64,000 nt of DNA from Asterias rubens (lineage: Eukaryota): positions 3,286,001 through 3,350,000 of the forward strand of contig NC_047077.1 of NCBI RefSeq assembly GCF_902459465.1. The letters run 5' to 3'. A program made the position numbers and the translations under genes. Each line of letters starts with the position of its first letter. Within the stretch, counting starts at the first letter, position 1. This document shows, in pieces, positions 1 to 12,197 of this stretch. The notes beneath the pieces are model-generated. The model searched no databases. It had not been told where the DNA came from and saw nothing but the letters and a program-made list of their open reading frames with translations.

Positions 1-140
1 CAAATGTACAGGCCTAAGAACTTCTAATAAAGTGCAATAAGATGGGGTTAAGAGGATACCATAGGAATAAGAAATGAGAAGGAATGAACTACATGTAGGG
101 GTTTAATATTGAGGAGGGAGGGTACATGCTAAGAGTTCAC

Positions 141-397
141 AAGAGTTCAGGAGACTGACGATGACTATAGCAAGCTAGTCGAAACGTTGAGACCAATTTC
201 AGAACTGACTCTGCGGCAGTACAGTTAATAACGATCCTATAAGCTAAGTAGTAGTCCAGTCTAATTTCTATACCATCCGTCCTGGTTATAGTTAAAAAGC
301 AGGACAGTTCTTTTCAGAACTGAGAAGTCTCCCGAACCTCCGATTATCTACTCAACGGCAGTAGAATAAAGCAAGACAGTTCCCTAAGAACAACTCT
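141..397 (+). mobile_element. Penelope-like (PLE) pLTR-type repeat, family A, copy 1 (5' part; resumes at 1353-~1410 after a MITE insertion)
   Basis: Same sequence recurs on the minus strand at ~21084-21405, ~56417-56750 and ~59681-60000. Carries a hammerhead-like motif at its 5' end. The run 'aagaacaaactctacc' of the other copies is split here by the 398-1352 insertion. Confidence 0.7.
150..193 (+). ncRNA. Minimal type I hammerhead ribozyme motif (family A), 5' arm of stem I disrupted
   Basis: CTGACGA(155-161)-T-GACTA tagcaagc TAGTC-GAAAC-GTT-GAGAC. The stem I 5' arm GTCTC seen in other copies reads GGAGA here. Confidence 0.65.
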
Positions 398-1352
398 TAG
401 GGCCACTGATTTTCCGTTTCAGAAAAGTGCAAATTCCGTTTGGCAAAAACATGAATTCCGTTTCAGGCACAAAAAATTCCGTTTCATGTTTTTTTAATTA
501 GATAAAAGGTTGTTTAATACCCAGGGACACACTTATAAAAATCAATTTGAGATAAGTTGCACTGTTGACTTCGTAAAATGTTCATTTGAACTGACAAATT
601 TCAAAAAAATACTTTTTTTTATAATTGTGGATTATTTTGTATACTGCTGTTCTAAAAAGGTTGCACTGTGACTGCAGTATCAATGCACATGATGTGATAG
701 ACTTGATTCCAAGTCTAAAACTGCAGTTGATTCTCTGCATCAGCCACATTGTAGGCTAATGACAGGAGTGTATCCACAAGAGGGCGCTGTTTCAGCATGA
801 TCAAAGACTTGGGAACAAGTCTATGGACGTGACCATTCTCCATCCACAAACAAAATGGCAGCCATTTTGTTTTCGCTTTGGCGACAGAATGTTGACAGTT
901 TACGGTTTTATTTTAGACCTTTCCGAGATGAAAAAACATTGTATGGGTTCGTATAGATCATAGGTAAGCTAGTTTGTGTATTATTGTTGGTAAAAGAGAG
1001 GGAGAAAATGCAATTTGGGTGAACAAAAAATGTTTAAAACGTGCCGCGAATAATGCCCTTCGCTTAACCATGTTAACAACGTGTGTACATCATGTGTGTA
1101 AACATTGAGGATGGTGTGAAGTAGAACAGAATGATCCACGGTTACGATCTCGTACTTTTTAATGGTCTGATTTCTGATGCCTTTTTAGTTTAACAAAAAG
1201 AATCTTAATAAAGAATGCAATTTCAATAGTTTTGGCGTCAAGAAAAAAAAAAAAAAAAAAATCAAATTTTCTGAAATCCCGTTTTCCGTTTCAAAGGGCG
1301 GATTCCGCGAATTCCGTCCGTTTTCCGCGATCGCGGAAAATCAGTGGCCCTA
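398..1352. mobile_element. Non-autonomous DNA transposon, 19-bp TIR, 6-bp TSD (hAT-like)
   Basis: TIR tagggccactgattttccg / cggaaaatcagtggcccta; flanking direct repeat aactct (392-397, 1353-1358); subterminal ttccgttt repeats at both ends; interrupts a family-A repeat. Confidence 0.85.
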
Positions 1353-2561
1353 AACTCTACCAGGCAAGTAGATACACACACGGTGTTACCGCAAACCAAA
1401 TATACATTACAAGGTGGCAATTATCTTAGCAGGGCGGCCAATTCTTTGGCAGGGCGGTCTTAAACCCTGCCCTCCCAAAACCCTGTGTTAAGAACATTGC
1501 ATGGGACACACAAGGTAGTCACAAAATTTAAAAAAAAATTACAGGCTTTTAGACTTAGTTCATTTCACTTGTTTGCGTGTTACAAGGAAGAAATATTGAG
1601 CACTCGAGGGCACTTTCAAAACGATGCGATAAAATGAGAGCAATTGCCCTCGGTTGGTAAAATATACTAGCCCATTACGCTGTACACGACATTGTCGCTG
1701 CTGCTGCGCATGTGAAAGCTGTTAGCCAGAATTGTCCAGAGCAGTTCCCCATTTAGCTTGTTTACGAAAAACTTTACAAGACTTTATTTTACTAAAATGA
1801 TTTAAGTTAGGAGACCCTGGATGAACGAAAAAGATTATTTGACAGTACAATGTATTTATAAGATTTGCTCTTGCTTTGATTGTTTGCCTTTTGAACGTTC
1901 AAAGTCGAAGCGCTGTGATCAATCGCAATGTTTAATCACAGGCTCAGTCAAAAAATGTTCGTGAAAAACTCTTTACTTCACTAAAAAAATTACACAACAT
2001 TTAATTTATTTTAAAAACTTGCCACGTCATGGCACACACCAATGGATGGGGAATGGAGTTACAATCAGCACCTTGACGGACATGGGTGGGTGACGCTCGT
2101 GGACTCCTACACACTTCCAACAGATTTGTGGAATATTTTATTCGTTGATGCATAGAAAAGAACAAATTATGCACTTACATGCGACTAGAAAACACACTAA
2201 CAGATTGTTCGTTCACATTCGCTCATGACACATAGAAAAATCAAATGTCAAGCTTTCACATCTACATGTAGGTTTGTACACGATGGATGCATCAATAGTG
2301 CTTCAAAACGCAAGGCAAGTAAGCGCCCTAGTCTATAGCCTCTTTAATGTTCACCATGGCATTGATCCTGGTATCCGGTTTGATGAATTACTAAGCAATG
2401 CTTACCTCTCTACCGTCATTCCCCATGTGGAGGGCCTGGAACATGGTGTTCATCTTACCCACCTCACCCGATCGCACCTGCAAAAAGCACACAACAAAAT
2501 ACAAAATTACAACTCGTTCATCAGATGTTTCTGTGATCTACATTGCTTGTTCCATTTACTA

Positions 2562-2915
2562 CAGGCCCGTATGCTTCGTTTTTGAAAACGCAAAGGCACC
2601 AAGACATTTTCTTCTTGCACCCAATGAGGAAATTGTTAATTTCTACATTTCAAGGGCACCAAGGCAATAAATAACCAGGGGGCAGGAGGCAATAGACGAT
2701 TCATTAAGCTCCGCCCCATTGCGTATTGACCTATCACAACACAACTAAGGTCCGACAAATAAGGTCCGACATGCGTGCACATATGCTTGGCGCGCGGCAG
2801 AGTTGTGCAGAAAGGCATTGCAGAGACTCGCGTGTTCTTGCTCACACGTGCGTCGTGGGTGGAGCCTAATGGATTGGTCTATTGCCTTCGTTGCCACCTT
2901 GAAGTATCAGGCCTG
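2562..2915. mobile_element. CAGGCC-ended MITE (same family as 17908-18066) carrying a nested insertion
   Basis: Begins caggcccgtatgcttcg, ends gaagtatcaggcctg; internal gggcaccaaggcaa repeats shared with 17908-18066. Confidence 0.75.
2694..2880. mobile_element. MITE with ~23-bp imperfect TIRs and apparent AT TSD (ISL2EU-like)
   Basis: agacgattcattaagctccgccc ... gggtggagcctaatggattggtct inserted into ggcaattgcc of the host MITE; the uninterrupted site is seen at ~18028-18037. Confidence 0.65.
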
Positions 2916-3059
2916 TGTGAACATATTGTATGGGTGCCGAAACTACATGTACTTTAACCCTTACTATAGACTTTTCCTCAACCTATCAGAAACCTTCCTC
3001 TCGAATTTATAAGCTTCTGACTGGCACCACCGAGCAAAGATATTGACATAATAGGGGCA

Positions 3060-3210
3060 CCGCCACATTGAGTAGAGCTATAAAGCTCAGTCGGTAATCC
3101 AGACGTTATTGGTTCCAGTTCCACTATCGACAATTCCTCTTTGTTCAACCCCAAATCATTTACAAATTTACCCAGACAGTTTCCCTTGTGGTTTATTAGT
3201 TGATATTCAT
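3060..3210 (+). mobile_element. Degenerate tRNA-derived SINE
   Basis: Shares the tail ctttgttcaaccccaaatcattt..aatttaccca with ~8875-8985, ~58650-58785 and ~10180-10267 (minus); decayed A/B-box head. Confidence 0.55.
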
Positions 3211-3299
3211 GTAATTAATTCATACCCAGCATCCATACCGATAGAGTCAACCTTGCCTCATAATAAGCAATTGGTGGGTTTTGTATCCATTCAAACCAG

Positions 3300-3445
3300 G
3301 GGCCGATTTCACAAAGATCTAAGATTGACCGTAACTGCAAATCAATCGTAGTTGCTAAGAAAAGTGTGATGTCACAATACAAATCACTATGGTGATACCT
3401 AAAATTTGTCTTGCGATGAATTTTATTGCTTTGTGAAATTGGTCC
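3300..3445. mobile_element. MITE with CWG TSD (PIF/Harbinger-superfamily-like)
   Basis: gggccgatttcacaaag ... ctttgtgaaattggtcc flanked by cag/cag. Confidence 0.7.
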
Positions 3446-6400
3446 CAGGCCAAACCTTGGCATACATTTTGAAGGAAGCATGTCATGTTTCTCACTGGGG
3501 TTGGCTAATGTATGCCCAAGCCAGGGTCAGCTACTAATGGATATTTGGCTGAAACACAGTAATCAATTCAAACAAAATAGCAAGAAACAATAAAAACGAA
3601 CGCATACATTTTTAAAAAATTCAATACATGGGCTTAAATTGTTCCTAAAGCATCTTAAACTAAAGCATTATTTACTATGTTACAATTTTAATTTGCCCTG
3701 AATGCCAGTTTAGGACAAACAAATCAAAACCCCTAACACAAGGAATTTATTTTCCTACATACTGTATTCATGTTTGTTTTAAAATTAAATCTGCCTTATC
3801 TAAACAAGTAGAACGTCAATGGCCCTGGAACATGCATTATCAGCTGATATTTCATTTTATGTCCACTTTTATATTTCTTTCCATTAAAAAGGCAATATGA
3901 TGCTTACAAGTAAATAATTTCACAGAATAATATGTTAACGATTTCTGGGATTCAATTTTCAGGAAGTATTTACTGGCAGCTAGAATGTTCATGTACATAG
4001 CTTTCTCAATGTACAATCCCAAATTGACTAGACCTGGACAACTCCTCCCATCCTATACAGCTCAATGTAACCCAGTTGCATGCATAATGCTATGTAGCCA
4101 GGGAAAGCCCTTTGGTGCAGCCAGTTCTTTGTGTGGACAACGCATGCAGAAAAGAGTCATCTGCACTCACTGTACTACAAGTAGGCCTACATGCAGTAGC
4201 AGTGTTCTAATGCATCAGCCAGTCTGCAACCAAGCATGTGTACGTGCGCATTGGCCGTACCATACATGTACTACATCTGCACACACCCGCACACAAAGGA
4301 TTTACAGCCACAAATTGTACAGGAATCTAATACATGTGATTGTAAGTGGCTTAGTGCAAGGATGTACAGTACATTGCCTTGTCTAGCAGTATTACAATTA
4401 GTTACAGTATACTACTTTTGAACTGAAAGTGCAACTTAAAATGTATACTCGTACTCTAACAGCATAATTTAGTTTGAAGCCTCTTAAAAGGGGTGGAGGG
4501 CATTGATTGAAATTAATTATTGTCTTGTTTATAAACAACAAAAGGCTAGGCAGCCCTATTGAGTTAGGAAATACCTCATTGATTATGTTGTGGTCAAGAC
4601 ATTGTCAAATGTACCCTGCAATGTTGGAACACACCATGCCAAAAAAATGGTCACCAGACCAACTTTTGTGCTTGCATACATTTATAATAAACATGTAAAC
4701 GTAGCCTCTTTACATTCCGCCATGTTTACAGTTCTGATGTGTCCCTTTTACCATTTTCTAGTTTCTTAATTAACCAGATGTATAGGAGAAGTAGAGCCTG
4801 TACAAAGACACTCAATTTCATTTTCTAATGATCTAAACTTGGAAAGTTCACATAGCAAAAATGGCGGTGTAAATGTTTCCATTTATAATACATCCTCAGA
4901 AAATGACTTACAGTGTACAACATGTAGAATATAGGGTACATTGTTGCATTTCTATAACTGTTTTAAATTAAAAGCAAATTTTGTCAACCACCTTCCAACT
5001 AACTGACCATAGAAATCAAATCTGAACCAGAAGGAGTGATTTTCTGAAGCTTCAGATTACCTTGCAGGAGGATTACAGGGTGTTGATTTACATAATAATT
5101 TATAAGACTTTCCATAAAATAACATAATGAATTTAAGATTTTATATCATAAATTAAGATTGGTAATGATCTCAAAATCAAATCAAAAGAAATCTGAACTA
5201 TTTCTTTCATCAACATTATGCTGGTAAAAGTTGTTTTGAGAAAAACAATTTTGTCTGAAACAGTGATGTGTACAAACAAAATATCATTCAAAATTAACTT
5301 TTCCCCCATTAAATTAACAACCTCCAGACAAATATCAACATGGGGACAAAAGAAAATGGGAAAACATGTATTCTTTGTTCTTGAAATTATGATTACTTTT
5401 TCCTCTGATATTTACACATGAAAAATGTATGAAAACAATGTTTAGAAGATTGCACTCTTCTTATAACAATTTTAGCATCAACACCTAAATGTCGCATACA
5501 AGTATTGTATGTCAAAATCAGAAAATAAAATCAATGCTAACTGAAAAGCAAGGTTGTTCACCTCAAAAAAGACAGGTCAATATATTTTTGCGAGAAAAAT
5601 TAACACGTGTCAAACTACAGGTCTGAGTTATCCCAATCTTCATGCCAGGTGAGGTAACTAAAGATAAAATAACTTCTGGTTGAATAAAAAAATTAAAATA
5701 AAAACAGAAGGTGACCACCTTATTACAACTTGTGCAAGAGTGCTTTTAAAACGTTAGGGAAATACAGACACTGTAGTAATGTCATGAATAGGAAAAACAT
5801 GTTGATGCTAGTTTTAAGATAAAAAATGGACAACAAATGATGTCTTGCCTGCATTATGTGACCTCCTCCTGTCATGAAAGAAAAGGCAAATGATCACCGG
5901 CTGATCTCCAAATTATCAAAAATGCTGTAAGTACAGACGCACAGTACATCCATTGCAGTGCTGCACTATGGGGAAGCTTGCGACAGAGCACCACGCTAGC
6001 TCATCGAAAAATCGTCAAGTTGCAGGTAGGTGGGTGGGGGAGAAAAAAAGCCCCTCGACGACGGCTTCCCACTGACTGACCACGGCAGACAGTTGATGAT
6101 TGTGATTACATATGCACGCCGTCTCTCAACTCTCTCTTTCTCTCTTGTCCGACAAGTCTGTTGGTTTCAGTCAAACCCCCAGAGCTAATGAGTCACTGCT
6201 TTGTGGCGGAGACAGTGTATCGGATCACACATCGCTGGGCCGTGGCGATCTGGGCACAGACCCTGGTGTGATGCATCGCCACAAGGCACCAAAAAAAAAA
6301 AAAAAACTCTGAGCATCGACAACAATGCTCACTCAACCTCCCTCCAGGGAGACGAGAGAGAGCAACCTTTTAAAAAACCTCCGCTACGCATTTTCCAACT

Positions 6401-8874
6401 TCAACCCTACTAGAAGCTCATTCATAAAAAAAATTATCAAAATTGATCAGCCATGAGGCTCAATCATGATAGACAGACGGAGAACAACAGCCTAATCAGA
6501 TACTTCCCTCTAAGTTATCAAACCAATCTACAGAGATGAAAACGTAAAATATTGCACATCCAGTCGCAATAAAGCAACAAAAGACTACGGGGTGAGTACC
6601 CCACCATCAATCTCAAGAGCTCGGAGGAAGATGGAGCTGGTAAGGGCAATGCTTCCCCTGCACTCCAAGCAGAGACTGGGACAAAAGGGCCAAGTGACTG
6701 ACAACTTCTGTCCTTGGGTTATGTTTAAGGAGACATGAAATTGGCATAACACCCCCTGGGGGATTTGATCAATCTGTCTGATATCTGAACGCCCGTCTGT
6801 ATTGCATGAAAGTGACTAAAATTTACATGTTGCTAAAATGTCAATGAACTATATGCACCCAGGGTATGCAAATCATATAAACACTTTTCAGGCACTCACA
6901 TTTTTGTTGTCACGCAAACTTGATAATGACATTTTATTCATTTATTTTTTTGAAGAAGCAAAAATCCTAATGAAGATAGAAATCAGTACGATAGGGAAGT
7001 CCGAGTAAAAGTGTGGTCTTTGTAACAAACTAAAAGGCGTTTTAAAGAAGGTGATCGACTGCATGCACCGTTTACTAATGTTGTAGTTACCATGGCAATG
7101 GGGCACAAGATTATTGACATATCCTAAGGGCAATCCAACCTACTCCACGGTCTAAAAAAGTCTTTGATGGAAGTACGTATATAGGTAAACAGACTGTACA
7201 CTCGGCACAGACTGTACACTCGACAAAGCCTGCCTCCTGCATGGTGGTACGGGGTGGGGGGGGGGGGGCAATCACAATCTGGCTTTAAATTGCACTTTTC
7301 CTAGTCAGCTACACTGTAGTCGGTCTGAAGCTTTCCAATGAGACGACTACATTTCAGTGTTTTGCGTCTCAACTAATCGCCTAAGGCCTAAGCAGTACGA
7401 GGATAATACACCATTGGAAACTCTGTAGCAATTCTTCCTCAACTTCTTCAGCCAAGCTGACAGCATAGCCAGAGCTCGATTCGCCGACCAACGGGCAGAA
7501 GTGGATTGGAAGGGGGGGGGGGCTCTGGGGGTTCTCTTTTTTTGTCTGATTAAAATGCCCTCCAATATCGCTGCTGGACAAGCCCAGACAAATGAACACA
7601 GACAATCAAGGAATGATGTCTCTGTAGAATTGTCGGGGGTCCATGGGTTGATTGAGAAAATCTAGAGTATCCAGGAAAGAGAAGTAGGGGTAGGGCTGGA
7701 GGCAGGGGGCAAGCTGGCAATTACATAATTTGAACATCTATCATACGTACATGTACAGTACTCACTCAGACAGATGGGTGGGGAGGGGTTCACCAGGGTT
7801 CTGCTCACAGTGGCCGGTGCGGTGCGGACTCCCCAACCACCACTAAAAGAATTTACTCTGTTTCTGACCTCCACACATTTTCCAGATTTTTTAAATTGCA
7901 CAAAGAAATTTGCAAATTCTTTTGAAAGGTTTTCAACTAAATGTAAAATTGGGTATTAACCAGTAAAAATATTATCCCAAGTCATTAATTTTTTAGCACT
8001 TCTTTGATTTGAGTCTATTTATATGATCTACCATGTAACTGATCCATCTGGCAATGGTTTCAAAGGGAAACATTTTTCCACCACTAAAGAAATCCTGGGC
8101 AAACATTTATATAATTGAGGGACGCTGTATAGCTTCAGTAATGATGTACATGTTTCGTACTAACAGATTTCATTCCCTTGCAAAAATTTGATTACAGAAT
8201 GGTGGTGAAATGAAATACAATTTACAGAAGTAAATTAATAACATTGTTCTTTTTGTGAAAGTCACTGTGGTTGGATAATAGGCCTACATGTATTGTTGTT
8301 ATCATATCATAGAAAGTTATATGCTACATATGAATATGTAGGCCATTGTAAAACTCTCAACAACAACTAAGAAAAGAACTATATAAATTATATGTACAGA
8401 CCAGATACAAAATATACTCCAACTGTAAAGGGAACAATGGTCAACTCAAAGATAAGCCGTTCACAATAAATGTACACATATTTATGCATTGATGAATTGA
8501 TTACAGAGCTTGTATTAAACAAACATTCCATCAGAAGTGCTGACATTGTGTCGTTGGTTGTTTCTTTTCTCTGGCCTGGGATTATCCCTAGAGTATTTTG
8601 TTGAAACTGATTGCTTTCCGAGTTATTAGGCAAACATTTAAGTAATGACTGCCGGGCCTAGTCTCATGATAATATACTCTGGTAATGGTTAGCGCTGTGG
8701 ATATTCAAGCTAAAAAGCCAGCCAAAGTCAAAGAAGACTAAAACCATGTCTGAAGTGGTGGCTGCAGCAATATGTTCACCAACATCGACGTAGTCAACCT
8801 ACATGTACATGTACATTGCAACTGTACCATAGTTGCAAAAAGTATTAAAAGCATATTGTAGGGAGACAGCCAAC

Positions 8875-8985
8875 ATCTAGGGCTAGAAAGCTGTTGGTAG
8901 AGCACTGGCACATTATGCCTGGAGGTCATTGATTCGAGTCCCAACCACTCAGGTCAATTTTTCTTTGTTCAACCCCAAATCAAAA
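8875..8985 (+). mobile_element. tRNA-derived SINE
   Basis: A-box-like gctgttggtagagc, B-box-like gattcgagtccc, then the family tail ttctttgttcaaccccaaatc. Confidence 0.6.
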
Positions 8986-10179
8986 ACATATTGTATGTTG
9001 TGTTGCATGCATGGTTGAAATTTTTTAAATCCTCGTAAATTTATACGCTATACGGAACTCTACATGATGTAAATCTCATATTTCAATCTACATGAGAACA
9101 TGTTGTCAAATATTTTGAAAATTTAAAAGATAAACAGTTTGCTTTCCTGAATGCAGAAAACATTTAATCGGTTAAAGCCAGGGATGGAAGACTTGTAAAC
9201 CCGTTTTTAAAATGTCGAGGATGCAGTTGGTATTTAACGAGTCATTTGTTGTCTTAACTTGAATTAGCCATGGTTTCAATTAATCCATAAACAAAATATA
9301 AAAAAATTAAAATAATCTTGGAAATTCTGGAATTTAATTCCAAAAAATAAAAAAACAAACTGGCAATGATAATGATTTTAAAGAAGCAACACTTTTTCTA
9401 CAGGAAACTATGAAACCTGACATCCTGCAAACTGTTACCAACCTGGCAGCTTGACTAAAAATGTAGCTATCGATAGCTATGAAGTTTATCAATAAATCCA
9501 AACCAGAACATTTTTATTTCTCAACCAAAATAAAAAAATTCCTCACAGAGCAGGCACTACATCTAATTTGGTTAAGAAAAAATGACTCATGTTTTGAAAA
9601 GTCTTTCGCTTTTAACTTTGCTTTTGTTCGCAGTTTTCCTACATTTTCAAGACATCTTGAACGCACCCTTCCAATACAACACAACAGATGCTTCAGTGCT
9701 TATATCCCATTACCAGGATGCAGGCAAACTATTAAATTACCACAGCAACACAATGCCTTAAGTGACATCTGATTGATGACCAAAGACAAAAAACCATCAC
9801 TCTCGCCCAAAGCAAAAGAGAAAATGAGTATCCGGGGCTTAATATATCTTTGTGAGCTACATGTAGCAGAAGCATGCCCATCTGAGCCCTGCTAGCGCTA
9901 ACAATCAGTATTGCCTACCAAAATGAGCCTTTGTCCTTCCAAGATACTACGTATGCACGTCACGTGTACCAACATTTCCTGAGTACAGCTTCTCTATTGA
10001 AATTTTACTTAGACTCTAGGCACTTTCCTTTGTCTTTTGTCAATTGGGGGAAATTCATGGAAAGTCTTGCAGAGAGGATAAACATGATGGAATGCTAAGC
10101 AGAGGGAGATTTTCATTCCTTTTATTCCGACTGCTAATTGACACACATACAAGCAGCTGGGGAAATGTATCTGGAAATT

Positions 10180-10267
10180 ATTTTGGGGTGAACAAAGACA
10201 AAAATGACTACAGCTGGACTTGAAGCTGCGACCTCCGGATTAACGCTCTACCAACTGAGCCTAGCCC
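10180..10267 (-). mobile_element. tRNA-derived SINE (minus)
   Basis: Reverse complement reads gggctaggctcagttggtagagcg...cttcaagtccagc...tctttgttcaccccaaaa. Confidence 0.6.
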
Positions 10268-10289
10268 TAATATTTGAAAGCCAGTTTAA

Positions 10290-10628
10290 AGGATTTGGGT
10301 ACTTTTTCAAAATGTCCATAGATTAACAGTAAACTTACAGGGTTTGAAGATAATGATAGTGGAAAGCTTCCCTTCAAATCTTACTTACTGAGGTGCTGTA
10401 GTTTTTGAGAAATGAGTAAAACAATGTCATGAAAATATGTTTGTAAATGATTAAAATAATTTTCGTCTCATTTTCATGACATTGTTTTACTCATTTCCCC
10501 AAAACTACAGCACCTCAATAGTAGTATTTTCAGGGAAGCTTTCTACTCTCATAATCTTCAAACTGTGTAAGTTTAGTGTAAATCCGTGGACATTGTGTTT
10601 TTTGTCCTACAAAAGTTACATAGACCCT
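10290..10628. mobile_element. Fold-back MITE with TTAA TSD (Kolobok/piggyBac-type)
   Basis: TTAA on both sides; ~10300-10440 is an inverted repeat of ~10470-10620; a fragment recurs at ~19500-19570. Confidence 0.7.
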
Positions 10629-11729
10629 TTAAAGTCTCTGATTACCAACCAAAACAATTGACCATGGTTCTTCATCTAAACATGATCAATTAAGGTCATA
10701 TAATGACCTCCATTCAGTTTGAGCAATTTAGCTAGTTTAAAAATGCGTTCAAGCATGTTGGGTGATATTAATTTGCTGAGTTAATATTATGGCTGGAATT
10801 TTCTTGCAGCGGGGGTGAGGTACAAGAAACATGTAACAGCAACCACAGTAGAATCATCATTGTATTACCAGTTAAAAACAGATAAAATTGTATTTTCTTG
10901 AAATCTCTCTGAAAGAGAAAAGAACAGCTGCCTAGTCTACATGTATAATATTGAATACAATAAGAGGTTAATTTATCAAGGTTGAAACTTGTTGAAGATA
11001 CAAATAGCACAATACAAGAAAGCAGCTCTCAAAACATGGAACTCTAAATTCAATACAAATATGGGCTTCCATTCTTGCAGGGGGAAAATCCCTTCATGAA
11101 TTATTCAGCTACACCCACCGACCCCACAGAGGTCACGAGAGTAACACTGGTGTCAGGGATAATCTATCACACACACAGTGATTACATCATGGTAGGTCAA
11201 GTCAAATGTGCTTGGCTGGTACCCTGAAAGCTCTGCCATGGATTCCATGGCTAAAATTCAAAGTGCTGAAAACGCCATAGTTATTTGTTTGTACATGAAG
11301 CCATTCAGGCCTTGAACTTTTCCCAATTTTTCCTCCAGTAAGGGGCACTTGTATGGGGCAAAAGGTAAGTTTGTGTTGGAACCTTACAAAGGGCACCACA
11401 GCAAAAGCACGGGGCACAACAGCGATTGCTGTGGATAAATGATTTTCTTTACTTGCATACAGCCCATGCACGGAGTCCATTTTGACGAAACAGCCCATGC
11501 AAGAGTCTGTCAGGGTGACAGCGTTGGATGTCAGACACTTTGTACCTTTACCACCTCGTACCCTGAACACTTCGTACCTCGGGTCACTTGGTGCTTGGTA
11601 CCTTGGTATTTTACCTGCACAGTATTTGGGACTACGTTTGAATTATGAGACCTACATGTAGGGCCTACTCCATTTTACATAGCACCATGTAATGTTTTAC
11701 ACGGTGCTATGGCACAATATACAGCCAAT

Positions 11730-11957
11730 TAAACCAGGAACACCGGGGCAAACCCCTTATCTTTCTGATTGAGTGCACCGGGTCCTTTTACGTGCATTGC
11801 ATGACACAACACACAGGACCAACGGCTTTACATCTCATCCAAAGGAAGAAGCATCATGGTTAAGTGTCTTGCTTTTAGGACGCAGGTGTCACACTCTGCT
11901 GATCAAAAACACCAGAGCTTGGGTCCGGTGCTCTTAACCGCTAGGCCATGACATGCC
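11730..11957 (-). mobile_element. tRNA-derived SINE with CORE-like body
   Basis: Reverse complement: ggcatgtcatggcctagcggttaagagc (A box) ... gcaagacacttaacc (CORE-SINE-like) ... ggggtttgccccggtgttcctgg; tail fragments at ~40890-40930 and ~50205-50250. Confidence 0.6.
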
Positions 11958-12197
11958 ATTACATGTACCTGTAATAACACATGTAGATCTTGCTCTCCAG
12001 TTTCATACACTTAGAGAGTGAACAAAGTCAGCTCAATGAGGTTCCATTTCAAGTCAAAGCTAGATTGATGAAACTTTCAATTTGATGTACAAGTACGCCC
12101 AAATAAAGTTTTCAATGTCCCAAGACTACACAAGAAACAGTAGTGCATATTCGACCAAACAATTTTAAGAAACTGGAAAAAAAAAGTTTACCTTTAC

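Noticed and set aside
148-157. Apparent 4-nt micro-inversion (cagtctcctg to caggagactg) as a programmed switch of ribozyme stem I
   Set aside because: Single copy; equally explained by a junction with an inverted internal fragment of the same element (gagttcaggagact).
1-12197. Downstream Pumilio exons (expected VRSMDELNHDFQAL-like sequence)
   Set aside because: No matching frame found by eye; probably outside the window, although a small diverged exon could have been missed.
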